Shown here piece after piece: positions 20,024-30,063 of a stretch of 64,000 nucleotides of DNA. Below the pieces are notes generated by a model. It did not search any database. It was not told the origin of the DNA and saw only the letters and a list, made by a program, of their open reading frames with translations. The position numbers were made by a program, and so were the translations under genes. The stretch is from a virus: IMG/VR virus record IMGVR_UViG_3300025102_000018, positions 1-64,000 of that record. The stretch is one strand, 5' to 3'. Each line of letters starts with the position of its first letter. Positions within the stretch are counted from its first letter, which is position 1.

Positions 20024-21337
20024 ATGCCTAATTTAAAACCATTAAACCCGAGTGATATACAAGTAGTGAATAATATGGTAGCTTTTAGTGCCAACACCAC
20101 TTCAAATACAGCTTACTTTAATTCTGACTACTCTGATTTTCAAGCTGTTTCAGGGTATAACATGATAAGTGGGGATACCATGAAATTTTATTCAGCACAA
20201 AGGGTACCTAATAATGGTAGACCTTTTTCTAATCTATTTCATTCCTTTAAATTTCCACTAACTTCTGCAGATACCACTAGTGGGTGGGTAAACGCAGGTT
20301 ATAACGGTTCATATATGAGTGCTATAACAAGTACCCAAGGTACTGGAGAAGAATTTATTGTGATGGAAATACCTAGATGTAATTATGGTGAATTAATAGA
20401 TGGTAGAACCATTAAAATAGTAATACCTACAGGTAATACGGGTACACCAGCACTTACAGCTCCACATCCTATTACAGCGTATACTAGTTATTATACAGCA
20501 CAAGAATGGTCATCAGACAACAGTAGTCAAGCAGCGTTTTTTGGACACCAAGTAAATAATGTTAACACAGCTAATCCTGAATACCCATCTACTAATGTAG
20601 CATTTTTATTCAGTGATGCAGTAAGACCACCACAAGTAGCTTATGCGTCATCATGGGCAGAAGGGTTCCCAACCACAATCGGAGCATCAACTAACGGTGG
20701 TACAGCTTTCCCACCAATAAGTGCATTACCACCATCTGGTTATCCTAATGGTGACCAAGATTTATATAGTTTTACCAGTTCTGCAAATAAAAAACCTTAT
20801 GCAACAGCTGATGATATTCCAGTAGGTGTATGTTATTTAGATAAAGGATTTTGTGTTTTAACACATACAGCTATTACTAGTAACTTTATGTCTATGTATG
20901 GTAACATTAGTGCAGCAGAATGGTTCTCAGGAGGACCAACAGTGATGGGTAGTGGACAAACAGGTGTCTTCTTCACTGGAAGTACTGGAGGTGGGCCTAA
21001 TGCAAGTTCGGCTTATTGTCAGTACTATACCTTTGAAAAAGAGTGGGTTGTAAATATAGACTGTCATGCAGATGTAGGTGAATTTGTAGTTACAGAAAAT
21101 CAAACAGCCTCACCAACAGCAGCCCCTACCTATGGAGCATCTTCAGTAGCAAATTCAGTAGGTGCAGGTGGTTATCCTGACCTCTATAGTTTAGACATGG
21201 CAAATATGTCAGCATGGGTAACAGAGGTAGGGTTATATGATGATGCAGACAATTTAGTAGCTATAGGTAAACCAGATAGACCTATAGAAAAACAACCAAA
21301 CGGTTCTGTAACTTTTAGAATGATATTTAAATTTTAA
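20024..21337 (+). CDS. Tail-collar-like structural protein
   Basis: C-terminal VTEVGLYDDADNLVAIGKPDRPIEK is paralogous to the C-terminus of 13727..16345. Confidence 0.5.
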   Translation: MPNLKPLNPSDIQVVNNMVAFSANTTSNTAYFNSDYSDFQAVSGYNMISGDTMKFYSAQRVPNNGRPFSNLFHSFKFPLTSADTTSGWVNAGYNGSYMSAITSTQGTGEEFIVMEIPRCNYGELIDGRTIKIVIPTGNTGTPALTAPHPITAYTSYYTAQEWSSDNSSQAAFFGHQVNNVNTANPEYPSTNVAFLFSDAVRPPQVAYASSWAEGFPTTIGASTNGGTAFPPISALPPSGYPNGDQDLYSFTSSANKKPYATADDIPVGVCYLDKGFCVLTHTAITSNFMSMYGNISAAEWFSGGPTVMGSGQTGVFFTGSTGGGPNASSAYCQYYTFEKEWVVNIDCHADVGEFVVTENQTASPTAAPTYGASSVANSVGAGGYPDLYSLDMANMSAWVTEVGLYDDADNLVAIGKPDRPIEKQPNGSVTFRMIFKF

Positions 21338-21378
21338 ATGTGTGTTTACTTTAGTGTAATTAAAGTGATATTTTAGTA

Positions 21379-21975
21379 ATGACAAAATTAAAAAACACAC
21401 CGAAAGTCTTAGGACTAGATATATCCACTAAAACAATTGGATGGGCATTATTTGATTTGATGTCCCAAGAACTTCTAGAACTAACTCATGTTTCACCAAA
21501 AATTAAAGCTTTACCAGATAACAAAATAGAAGAATTGTTATTAAAATCAGAAGTGTTTTCAGATAAAGTAAGTGAATATAAAAATATGGGTATAGGAAAG
21601 GTCATTATAGAAGAGCCTCTTATTAACTCCAACAATGTCTATACAGTATCCACCCTAATGAGGTATAATGCATTTATCATTAAAATAATCCACACCAAAC
21701 TAGGTGTAATACCTGAAGTAATATCTACATATAACGCAAGAAAATTTGCTTTCCCAAATTTATTCACTCAAAATAAAAATGGAAAAAAAGTTTTGTTTGG
21801 TGGATTTGAAAAAGGTTGTGATAAAAAACATATTATTTGGAAAAATGTGTCCGATAAAGAACCTCATTTAGATTGGACTTATACACGAAACAATACCCTT
21901 AAAAAAGAAAATTATGATATGTCCGATGCTTATACATGTGTGTTAGGTCATATGAAAAAAGAATCTCTCTGGTAA
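21379..21975 (+). CDS. RuvC-like Holliday junction resolvase
   Basis: VLGLDISTKTIGWA, VIIEEP, and C-terminal YDMSDAY acidic motifs. Confidence 0.8.
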   Translation: MTKLKNTPKVLGLDISTKTIGWALFDLMSQELLELTHVSPKIKALPDNKIEELLLKSEVFSDKVSEYKNMGIGKVIIEEPLINSNNVYTVSTLMRYNAFIIKIIHTKLGVIPEVISTYNARKFAFPNLFTQNKNGKKVLFGGFEKGCDKKHIIWKNVSDKEPHLDWTYTRNNTLKKENYDMSDAYTCVLGHMKKESLW

Positions 21976-22009
21976 TTGAATATAGGTCTATTTTTCCTAT
22001 ATTTAAATT

Positions 22010-22924
22010 ATGAATGATAATAGTCTACTTATTAATTTACTTTCCGAAGTATTAGGACCACACAACCAACACTACGAAAATAAAGGTCAAATTTCTTTTG
22101 ATTGTCCTGTTTGTTCTTATGATATAAAAGGACTTAATAAAGGTGATGGAAAAGGTAATTTTGAAATTAATTACTTTAAAGGTGTGTATAAATGTTGGGC
22201 ATGTTCAGAAACTCACGAAACTCACGGTTCTATTAATAAATTATTTTGGAAGTGGGGTAATAAGAAACATAGACAAAATTGGAAATTAATAGCTCCAGAA
22301 AAATTTATACCTGAGAATAAAGTCTATAAAAGGATAGAATTACCTGATGATTTTATTTCTTTTGAAAAGGGTAATAAATTAACAATATCTTATAAAGAAG
22401 CAAGAAATTATTTACTTAACAGGAATATATCTGAAGATAAAATGATTAAATATTCTATGGGGTATACTAACCAAGGACCTTATAGAGGACGTATTATTAT
22501 ACCATCGTTTGATAAAGATGGGGAAATAAATTATTTTGTTGCACGTTCATACACTAATCATCGAATGAAATATAAAAACCCTGAATTCCCTAAAGAAGAA
22601 ATTATATTTAATGAATCTAGAATAAAATGGGGTGAAGACATTTATCTCGTAGAAGGTGTGTTCGACATGTTATTTTTAGATAACGCCATACCAATACTAG
22701 GAAAAACAGTTTCTGATAATTTATGGGGTAAATTATATGAAAAGAGTGGAAAAAACATTATAGTATGTTTAGATGGTGATGCTTGGGAGGACGCAGAACA
22801 ACTTTATCGTAAATTAGATGGTGGTAGATTAAATAATAGAATTAGAGTTATTAAAATGCCTAAGGATAAAGATGTGGCAGAATTAGGTGGGGTTAAAAAT
22901 TTAGAGACGTTAACACTACTTTAG
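22010..22924 (+). CDS. DNA primase (Zn finger plus TOPRIM)
   Basis: CPVC...CWAC zinc ribbon; GRIIIPSFD, KYKNP, LVEGVFD, CLDGDA, KDVAE. Confidence 0.88.
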   Translation: MNDNSLLINLLSEVLGPHNQHYENKGQISFDCPVCSYDIKGLNKGDGKGNFEINYFKGVYKCWACSETHETHGSINKLFWKWGNKKHRQNWKLIAPEKFIPENKVYKRIELPDDFISFEKGNKLTISYKEARNYLLNRNISEDKMIKYSMGYTNQGPYRGRIIIPSFDKDGEINYFVARSYTNHRMKYKNPEFPKEEIIFNESRIKWGEDIYLVEGVFDMLFLDNAIPILGKTVSDNLWGKLYEKSGKNIIVCLDGDAWEDAEQLYRKLDGGRLNNRIRVIKMPKDKDVAELGGVKNLETLTLL

Positions 22925-23680
22925 TATATTAACAACCTCTTCTTGAAAGTCATGACATTTAAATACTTTATAGTTATCATTTTTTTCATTTAACCAGACA
23001 ATGTAAGACTCACCTAACTTAAGGTTAGTATTTTTCTCAATAATATATTTGTAAGTAGAAAGTTGTAATGAATATGTGTTTAGTTCACAAACATCCAAGT
23101 GACTTATAGGGTCCTTAAACTGTTGCCACTTATTTCTTTCTTTAATTTCTTTATTTGTTTTCCAGTCCCATATTTCTAACATCCCACTTTTCTCGTTCCA
23201 GAATAACTGGTCAACCATCCCACACAAACCTAACTCCTCATCACCAACAACTAGTTCTGCTCTTACAGGTACTAATTTTTCAAAAGAGTCCTCATAGAAT
23301 TTTTTAAATAATTTTATAATATGATTAAGAGCTTCCCTACATTCTAACATATTTTCTACACTTCCTAAAACAGAAGTCATCTCCTCCTCAGGAAATGGAA
23401 ATACTTTATTAAAAAGATAGTTTTCAGCAAAAGCGTGAAATGCAGAACCTTTTTGAGTAGCAAAATCTGCTTTATATTTCCATTCTTTAAGGATGTCTTC
23501 TTTTAGTATACCTCTTTCTTTAGCTTTTTTTTCAGACCAGTAATCGGTGTCAAAAGATTGTTTAAATTTACCTATTAATTGTGTTACTGATGACATTTTT
23601 TTACCATTAAGATAATACTTATGTTCTTTATCGTGAAATTTAATATGGTTAAATTTTGCTAGTTCTCGTGTAATTTCCAT
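22916..23680 (-). CDS. PD-(D/E)XK exonuclease (Cas4/RecB-like)
   Basis: SVTQLI, KGSAFHAFAE, GMVDQLF, IWDWKT, YSLQLSTY. Confidence 0.85.
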   Translation of the reverse strand: MEITRELAKFNHIKFHDKEHKYYLNGKKMSSVTQLIGKFKQSFDTDYWSEKKAKERGILKEDILKEWKYKADFATQKGSAFHAFAENYLFNKVFPFPEEEMTSVLGSVENMLECREALNHIIKLFKKFYEDSFEKLVPVRAELVVGDEELGLCGMVDQLFWNEKSGMLEIWDWKTNKEIKERNKWQQFKDPISHLDVCELNTYSLQLSTYKYIIEKNTNLKLGESYIVWLNEKNDNYKVFKCHDFQEEVVNILK

Positions 23681-23718
23681 TTTAAAAATATAGGTAAAAA
23701 TTTAGGGAAGGAAAGAGG

Positions 23719-25512
23719 TTAAATAATTCCCATCGCTTTTTTAACATAGTAAGCAGCTAAAGGTTTGTGTCCACCAATACTCCAATAATCAATATCTTCG
23801 GTAGCTACATCATATTGTTTATAATCGTATATGGTAGCTGTAGTACCATCAGGAAACTCTATAACCCATTCCATTTGTACTTTTCCATCTGGACTAGGTT
23901 CATCATAGACGGGTGGCCCAAATACTTTTTCTATATCGTCTCTATGGTAACCATCTAATTCACCCTGTCTACTAGTACCACCACTATTTCTGTAATTTCC
24001 TGTTTTAAATGGGAAAGGTGAAGGTATAATTAATTCAGTAAAAGTATGGCTTGGGTCATTAGCCATATTTTGTATAAATAAAGCATATACGAAGTCTTTT
24101 TCATCATCCTCAAACCCATACAGTCTAAATACTGGTTCTATAATTTCTTCCATCACTTCTCTATTCCATTGGTATTTTGTTTTATCATGATGAAGTAACA
24201 TCGCAGTACTAGATTGAGTAGGTTCAAAGAACTCCAGTTCATAACCTTCATCTACTAACCAAGGAGCTCTTCCTACCATATCTTTTAACATTGTTCTTAT
24301 TCTTCTTTCTTCCGCTGTATTTTTAGATAATTCTTCCGCTTGTTGTTCTGTAATTTTAATTTTTAATGTAGATTCTTTCATATTTGATTTTAATTGTGTG
24401 GGAGAAGTAATCGGTGGATTATTAAAACCTATTTTACCATAATAGATACCTCTCATATGTTTTTGTCCTTCATTTTTAAAAACAATAAATTTAGGGTTAC
24501 TTGAATTAGGACTACTTACAAATAAATAATTAACATCTATAGGATATCCTTCTTTAGGTAAAGCCGCAGACTCTACTTCATAAGGAAATCTTTCTGTTTT
24601 ATATACTCCTTTTTTTAAAGGTTTAACTTGATAATAATCCATCGAACCATCCTCTCTATAAATTCTCATATCTTGACCACAAGTTCTATCTAGAGTATCA
24701 CCAGGACACCCAGATTCAATTTTAACATTACCTAAACCATTATCTTTATACCAAGACCTTAACCATTCTTCACCCATCCGTTCTCTTCTTTCTCCTATAC
24801 ATTGGGTTTCCCTATTCTCATTTGCAAGAACTTTAACTATATCACCAGGACCAAATAACCTTATTTTATTATCGATAATCCATGGTAAAAAATCATCTCT
24901 ATTCCACTCTTCACTTACCTCGTCTTTATAAATCTTTAAAAGTTCTCTTAAAACACGTGTATTACCCTCAAAATAGTTTAATATAGACCAGTCATCAGTT
25001 CCACATGCAAGTTCAAAATTAATAACTCCTGGGTTTCTACTACTTCCCTCTGGTACATTGCCCATTCCCCAGTTGTCTGTGTTACTCCACACATCTTTAA
25101 TAGCTTGCTTAACTGTTTGACGAAAAGGGCTCCTCGACTCTACTTGAGTATAGAGAAAATTATTATTGTACAATAATTTATTATTTATTATAACATTAGA
25201 TGACGGTCTATCATCCGAAGGTTCACTAATTTTTTCTTTTTTAGAAATACTTAAATTAGGCCAAAAGTTAAAAGATAATAAACTAGTATTAACAGGAATA
25301 TCGTCTTCACCATCAGCTCTTAAAATAATTTCTTTATAATTTTTTATTTCTTCTGGGGTTACTCCAGAAACATCATTAAAGAAATACCTCCAATTACCCG
25401 AAGCTCTATTTTTATAATTGACAACTAAGGGTTCAGTTGATATCATTTCTTCATTATCCGGAGTTTGTTCCTTTAAAGTTTTTAACTGATGTTTTGTAAC
25501 AATAATCTTCAT
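23719..25512 (-). CDS. Multidomain protein with head-protein-like leader and a possible PD-(D/E)XK-like domain
   Basis: Leader MKIIVTKHQLKTLKEQ; internal LKIKITEQQAEEL; D..G.D...YQVKP; ATATTTAT on minus strand at 25517-25524. Confidence 0.5.
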   Translation of the reverse strand: MKIIVTKHQLKTLKEQTPDNEEMISTEPLVVNYKNRASGNWRYFFNDVSGVTPEEIKNYKEIILRADGEDDIPVNTSLLSFNFWPNLSISKKEKISEPSDDRPSSNVIINNKLLYNNNFLYTQVESRSPFRQTVKQAIKDVWSNTDNWGMGNVPEGSSRNPGVINFELACGTDDWSILNYFEGNTRVLRELLKIYKDEVSEEWNRDDFLPWIIDNKIRLFGPGDIVKVLANENRETQCIGERRERMGEEWLRSWYKDNGLGNVKIESGCPGDTLDRTCGQDMRIYREDGSMDYYQVKPLKKGVYKTERFPYEVESAALPKEGYPIDVNYLFVSSPNSSNPKFIVFKNEGQKHMRGIYYGKIGFNNPPITSPTQLKSNMKESTLKIKITEQQAEELSKNTAEERRIRTMLKDMVGRAPWLVDEGYELEFFEPTQSSTAMLLHHDKTKYQWNREVMEEIIEPVFRLYGFEDDEKDFVYALFIQNMANDPSHTFTELIIPSPFPFKTGNYRNSGGTSRQGELDGYHRDDIEKVFGPPVYDEPSPDGKVQMEWVIEFPDGTTATIYDYKQYDVATEDIDYWSIGGHKPLAAYYVKKAMGII

Positions 25513-25558
25513 ACTAATAAATATTTGAAAGATGAGGCAATTTTATTATAATTATAAC

Positions 25559-26338
25559 ATGATAAAAACAATTGTACATTATTCAGACCTACATCTTAAA
25601 CTTTACAAGCACCACCAAAGAGATAAATCAATATTAGAAAGTGCTTTAGAAGAGTGGAAAAAAATTAAACCAGATAGGATTGTGTTTACTGGTGATTTGG
25701 TACATTCTAAAAATCAGATGACACCAGAGTTGGTTAGATTAGTAAGTTGGTGGATGACAGAAACTGCAAAAATATGTCCCACTATTTACTTAATCGGTAA
25801 TCATGATTTTTTAGAAAACAACCAAGACCGCTTAGATGCTATAACACCTATAGTGGAAAATTTAAATAATCCTAACATAACTTATTATAAACATAAGGGT
25901 GTTTATGAAGATAAAAATATACTTTGGTGTGTATATTCACTAGTGGAAGAAAATGAAAGACCAGATATCCCAGATACAGATAAAACCAAAATAGGTTTAT
26001 TTCACGGTCCTATTATAGGGTTAAAAACAGACATAGGTTTCCAATTCGAAGAAGGGTATGACGCGGAAAGATTTGAAGGGTGTGATGTAGTATTAGCAGG
26101 TGATATACATAAAAGACAAATATTTGATATACCTAATAATAATAAAGCGTATATGGTTGGTTCTACGATATGTCAAAATTATGGAGAAAATGTAAAAAAT
26201 CATGGTTATGGTATTTTTAATCTGGAAGATTTTTCCTATATTTTTAAAGACTTAGAAAATCCACAACCTTTTTTAAGTTTTAAAATAAACGATATTTTAG
26301 ATATTGAAGAACAAAAAGAAATTTTAACAAATGGTTAA
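25559..26338 (+). CDS. SbcD/Mre11 (gp47-like) metallophosphoesterase nuclease
   Basis: SDLH, TGDLVH, IGNHD, LFHG, AGDIHKRQ; ATG at 25559 preferred over 25532. Confidence 0.88.
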   Translation: MIKTIVHYSDLHLKLYKHHQRDKSILESALEEWKKIKPDRIVFTGDLVHSKNQMTPELVRLVSWWMTETAKICPTIYLIGNHDFLENNQDRLDAITPIVENLNNPNITYYKHKGVYEDKNILWCVYSLVEENERPDIPDTDKTKIGLFHGPIIGLKTDIGFQFEEGYDAERFEGCDVVLAGDIHKRQIFDIPNNNKAYMVGSTICQNYGENVKNHGYGIFNLEDFSYIFKDLENPQPFLSFKINDILDIEEQKEILTNG

Positions 26339-26777
26339 TTTACCTAAAAATTTAAATAAAAATATTGAAGACTACTGTAAACTCAATGAAATAGAAGATA
26401 CGGTAGATTTTATAATTAAATGTACTAAGGATGGACTTACTTTGGACAAATATGGTGTAGCACCATTTTTACCTAAATCCCAGATACAAGAAGTTCCCGT
26501 AGAAAAAGAAATAGTAAAAGAAGTTATAAAAGAAATACCAGTAGAAAAAGAGGTTATAGTAGAAAAAATTGTAACCAAAGAAGTTAAAGATACTCAGTTA
26601 ATTGAAGAACTAGAAAAACTCAAAAAAGAATTACAAAATAAGGATAATTTAATAAAAGAACAACAAGAAAGAATGGAACAAATGGAAGATGTGCTTGAAC
26701 ACTTCAAAAAAGTAACAGTCAATAGGAGAGCAAAATACCTTAAGACCTCAAACATAAACGATACATATATAGAATAA
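26331..26777 (+). CDS. Coiled-coil protein with (V/I)PVEKE(I/V) repeats
   Basis: EVPVEKEIVKEVIKEIPVEKEVIVEKIVTKEV. Confidence 0.55.
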   Translation: MVNLPKNLNKNIEDYCKLNEIEDTVDFIIKCTKDGLTLDKYGVAPFLPKSQIQEVPVEKEIVKEVIKEIPVEKEVIVEKIVTKEVKDTQLIEELEKLKKELQNKDNLIKEQQERMEQMEDVLEHFKKVTVNRRAKYLKTSNINDTYIE

Positions 26778-26778
26778 C

Positions 26779-27084
26779 ATGGAAATATTAATTTGGATTT
26801 TAGCAGCTTACGGAATGTCTCAAATACTTGTATTTGGAGGAATATTCGATACACCAAGAGATTGGATAAAAAAACACTCTACATTTTTTGGAGACCTAAT
26901 CTCATGTATGATGTGTACGTCTACCTGGGTCGGATTCTTTTTCTCCTTAGCTTTTTATTCCCCAACACTACCTATGGTAATTATACCTTATACTAACATA
27001 TTTTTTGACGGTATGTTAGCTAGTGGTTCAGTGTGGGCTCTTAATGCGATGGTAGAATGGTTTGAGGAAAATAGACCTAAATAA
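26779..27084 (+). CDS. Small membrane protein (DUF1360-like)
   Basis: Hydrophobic helices and LISCMMCTSTWVGF (C-x-x-C-x-x-x-W). Confidence 0.55.
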   Translation: MEILIWILAAYGMSQILVFGGIFDTPRDWIKKHSTFFGDLISCMMCTSTWVGFFFSLAFYSPTLPMVIIPYTNIFFDGMLASGSVWALNAMVEWFEENRPK

Positions 27085-27097
27085 CAATGAAAACGGT

Positions 27098-29428
27098 ATG
27101 GAACTAAAAAGAGTAAAAAAGTTAAAAAACCCTTTTGTTAGGGTAGTGTGGGAAGACATACCAGAAAATTTTACCAAAGAAAGAATAAGAAGAGTTAAAT
27201 CTTATTTTAGTAAAAAATATAATTCAAAAAACGTCACTGTCATAAGTAAAGCACAATCAGTTAAAGGTAAAAAACTAGAATTATCTTTAGGTGAAGATGT
27301 GATGGACAAAAACTATCAAAAAAATCTTTTAAAAGAATTTCTTAAACAAGAAAACATTAACGTAGAATGGGGTGACATATCTCGACTTGATGATAAGGTA
27401 AACGCCAGTCTAGACAAAACAGGTATACTACAAAAAAGATATAGAAAGTTAGTAGTAAATAAAATTAAATTTTCTAATTTTCTTTCTTTTGGTGATAATA
27501 ACGTATTAGACTTTAAACGATTAGACGGTATAACAGTAATAGACTCAAACCCACCAAATTTTGGAGGGAAAACAGTTTTAGCTGTAGACTTACTCCTATT
27601 TTTATTTTTTAACAACACCACTAAAACTAATAAAGCTGAAGAAATATTTAATAAGTTTCGTAATAAAAATGAGGTAATTGTAGAAGGTGATGTAGAAATT
27701 GATGGTGAAGATTATATTATTTTAAGAAAAGTAGTAAGAAAAAAAACAGCTAAAGGAGAGTGGTCTGTTAGAACACATTTAGAGTTCTTTAAAAAAATGA
27801 AAGATGGGAGTTTACAAAATTTTACTGGAGAACAAAGAAGGGAAACAGAAAAATTTATTAAAGAAGCTATAGGAAATGTAGATGACTTTTTACTGACGAT
27901 TTTAACCACCGGGTCCAACCTAGACTCACTTATTGACGCAAAACCCACAGAAAGAGGTAATATTTTTTATAGATTTATTGGGTTAGAATTATTGAGAGAA
28001 AAAGAAAAATTTTGTAAAGAAATGTACTCTACCTGGTCTAAAAAACTTATCTCTAATGTATACGATATAAACACCTTAAAAACTGAAATAGAAGAATCAG
28101 TGGAACTGATAAAAGAAAAAGAAGAATCAATCAAAGTTTCAGATAAAGAAATTAAAGAATATGAAAAAGATATAAAAGATTTTAGAAATGAAAAAGATAA
28201 TTTACTAGAGTCTAAATATAATGATATAGATGAAGGTATTAGTAAAATAGATATAAAATCATTAAAAAGTAATTTAGAAGATTATACAAAAAAATTAGAA
28301 GAAAAAACTAAGGAGATTGAGGAAATAGAGGTCGTCGAACCTGAAACATACTTTAATCCCACAGAATACCAACTAAAAGAAAATGAAAAAAATGTGATAA
28401 GTAAAGAAGTCACTATTCTAGAGACAGAAGTTAAAAATTTTACAAAAACTATTAAACAATTAGAAACCTCACAATTTTGTCCAACATGTGGAAAAAGCTT
28501 AGATGATGTAGACCATACGGAGGATATTAAAAATAAAAAGAAAGAGTTGGTAGAAACAAAAGATGGGTTATCTAAAAAAATTGTTAAGGAAACTAATATT
28601 GTAAATGAGTTAGAAAAACTTAATAAATTAAAGTTACAATTAGAAATTTATGATAGAAATAAACTAATCAAAGAAAAGAAAACTCTAGAATCAGATTCTA
28701 TAAAAGTAATGTTAGAAAAAAATAAAAATTCTATAGACTCTTATGAATTAAATAAAAAGAAAATTGAATACAACCAAGAAGTAGAGTCAAAGAGTTTAAA
28801 ATTACAAAGTAGTATAGATAACTTTACAATTCTTAAAGATAAAACAATTGATACTAAAAATAATCATCAGATAATATTGGAACACAATAAAAGAGTCGTA
28901 ACCGAAAATGAAGATAAAATAAGTAAAATCCAACAAGAAGAAAAAATTGAAAAAATATTTAAAACTTATTTAATGGCTTTTGGTAAAAATGGAATACCTA
29001 AAGTTATACTTAGAAGTTTTGTGCCCGCTTTAAATTTGGAAGTTAATAATTTATTATCGGTAGAAAATCATTTTTACATTGATATAAGAATTAATGAAAA
29101 ACATGAAGTAGAATTTTGGATGGTAGACAAAGATAGTGAATTAGCTAGACCACTTTCTTCTGCTTCAGGATACGAAAAAACTATTTCATCATTAGCTTTA
29201 AGAGCGGTATTAGGGAAGATATCTTCTCTACCCAAACCAAACGTTACTGTTTTTGATGAGGTATTTGGTAAAGTAAGTAATGATAATTTAGAAATGGTTG
29301 GGGAGTTTTTTATGAAGTTAAGAGAATACTTTGATAACATTTTACTCATAACACATAATCCTTTAGTTAGAGAGTGGGGTGAAAATGTTATCACAGTTAA
29401 AAAAGTTGACAACATATCTATAATTTAA
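27098..29428 (+). CDS. SbcC/Rad50 (gp46-like) SMC ATPase
   Basis: IKFSNFLSFG, NFGGKT Walker A, CPTC zinc hook, SASGYEK signature, VFDEVFG Walker B, LITH; ATG at 27098. Confidence 0.9.
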   Translation: MELKRVKKLKNPFVRVVWEDIPENFTKERIRRVKSYFSKKYNSKNVTVISKAQSVKGKKLELSLGEDVMDKNYQKNLLKEFLKQENINVEWGDISRLDDKVNASLDKTGILQKRYRKLVVNKIKFSNFLSFGDNNVLDFKRLDGITVIDSNPPNFGGKTVLAVDLLLFLFFNNTTKTNKAEEIFNKFRNKNEVIVEGDVEIDGEDYIILRKVVRKKTAKGEWSVRTHLEFFKKMKDGSLQNFTGEQRRETEKFIKEAIGNVDDFLLTILTTGSNLDSLIDAKPTERGNIFYRFIGLELLREKEKFCKEMYSTWSKKLISNVYDINTLKTEIEESVELIKEKEESIKVSDKEIKEYEKDIKDFRNEKDNLLESKYNDIDEGISKIDIKSLKSNLEDYTKKLEEKTKEIEEIEVVEPETYFNPTEYQLKENEKNVISKEVTILETEVKNFTKTIKQLETSQFCPTCGKSLDDVDHTEDIKNKKKELVETKDGLSKKIVKETNIVNELEKLNKLKLQLEIYDRNKLIKEKKTLESDSIKVMLEKNKNSIDSYELNKKKIEYNQEVESKSLKLQSSIDNFTILKDKTIDTKNNHQIILEHNKRVVTENEDKISKIQQEEKIEKIFKTYLMAFGKNGIPKVILRSFVPALNLEVNNLLSVENHFYIDIRINEKHEVEFWMVDKDSELARPLSSASGYEKTISSLALRAVLGKISSLPKPNVTVFDEVFGKVSNDNLEMVGEFFMKLREYFDNILLITHNPLVREWGENVITVKKVDNISII

Positions 29429-29448
29429 TATTTATTAAAAAAGAAACT

Positions 29449-30063
29449 ATGAGAACAAGACAGTACCTTTTATTTATGTTTGGGAATTGGAAAATTCTAG
29501 AAAAAGAACGTGAGTTATATACACATATTAGTGATATGTTACATACTATTATTAATACTCCAGAAATTAGTTTTATTACCGGAGAACATATGATGATAGC
29601 TTGCTTATCATCCACGTCAACTTTTGAAGAAATCTCTAGTTTATTAGAAGAATTCTTATCACCAGAAATAAACACTTATTTTTTAATGCCTAAACCTAGA
29701 AAGTTATCATATAGAATGAACCCAATACTGGAGGAACACTTATTTAATAAATTAATTTCACCTAAAAAAAATAAAATTAAATTAGATGATAAGGAACTAA
29801 AAGAATTACAAAAATTATTTAAAGAAGATAAAGATAGAGAAAACATTCTTAGAGACATGGCAAAAATGATGATGCCAATAATAATGCATGGAAAATTTCC
29901 TATAAATTTAGATAAGGATAAACCTTCTTATGAAGAATGGTTGAAAACACAAAAAATTAACTTAGATTTAGATAGTATACTAGATAAAATATCCTCACAA
30001 GGTATTGATAGTTTAAATGAAATAGAAAAAGAATTTTTAGATAACCACAAAAAAGATAATTAA
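29449..30063 (+). CDS. Hypothetical protein, C-terminal DUF6576-like motif
   Basis: LDSILDKISSQGIDSLNEIEKEFL; preceded by ATATTTAT at 29428. Confidence 0.5.
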   Translation: MRTRQYLLFMFGNWKILEKERELYTHISDMLHTIINTPEISFITGEHMMIACLSSTSTFEEISSLLEEFLSPEINTYFLMPKPRKLSYRMNPILEEHLFNKLISPKKNKIKLDDKELKELQKLFKEDKDRENILRDMAKMMMPIIMHGKFPINLDKDKPSYEEWLKTQKINLDLDSILDKISSQGIDSLNEIEKEFLDNHKKDN

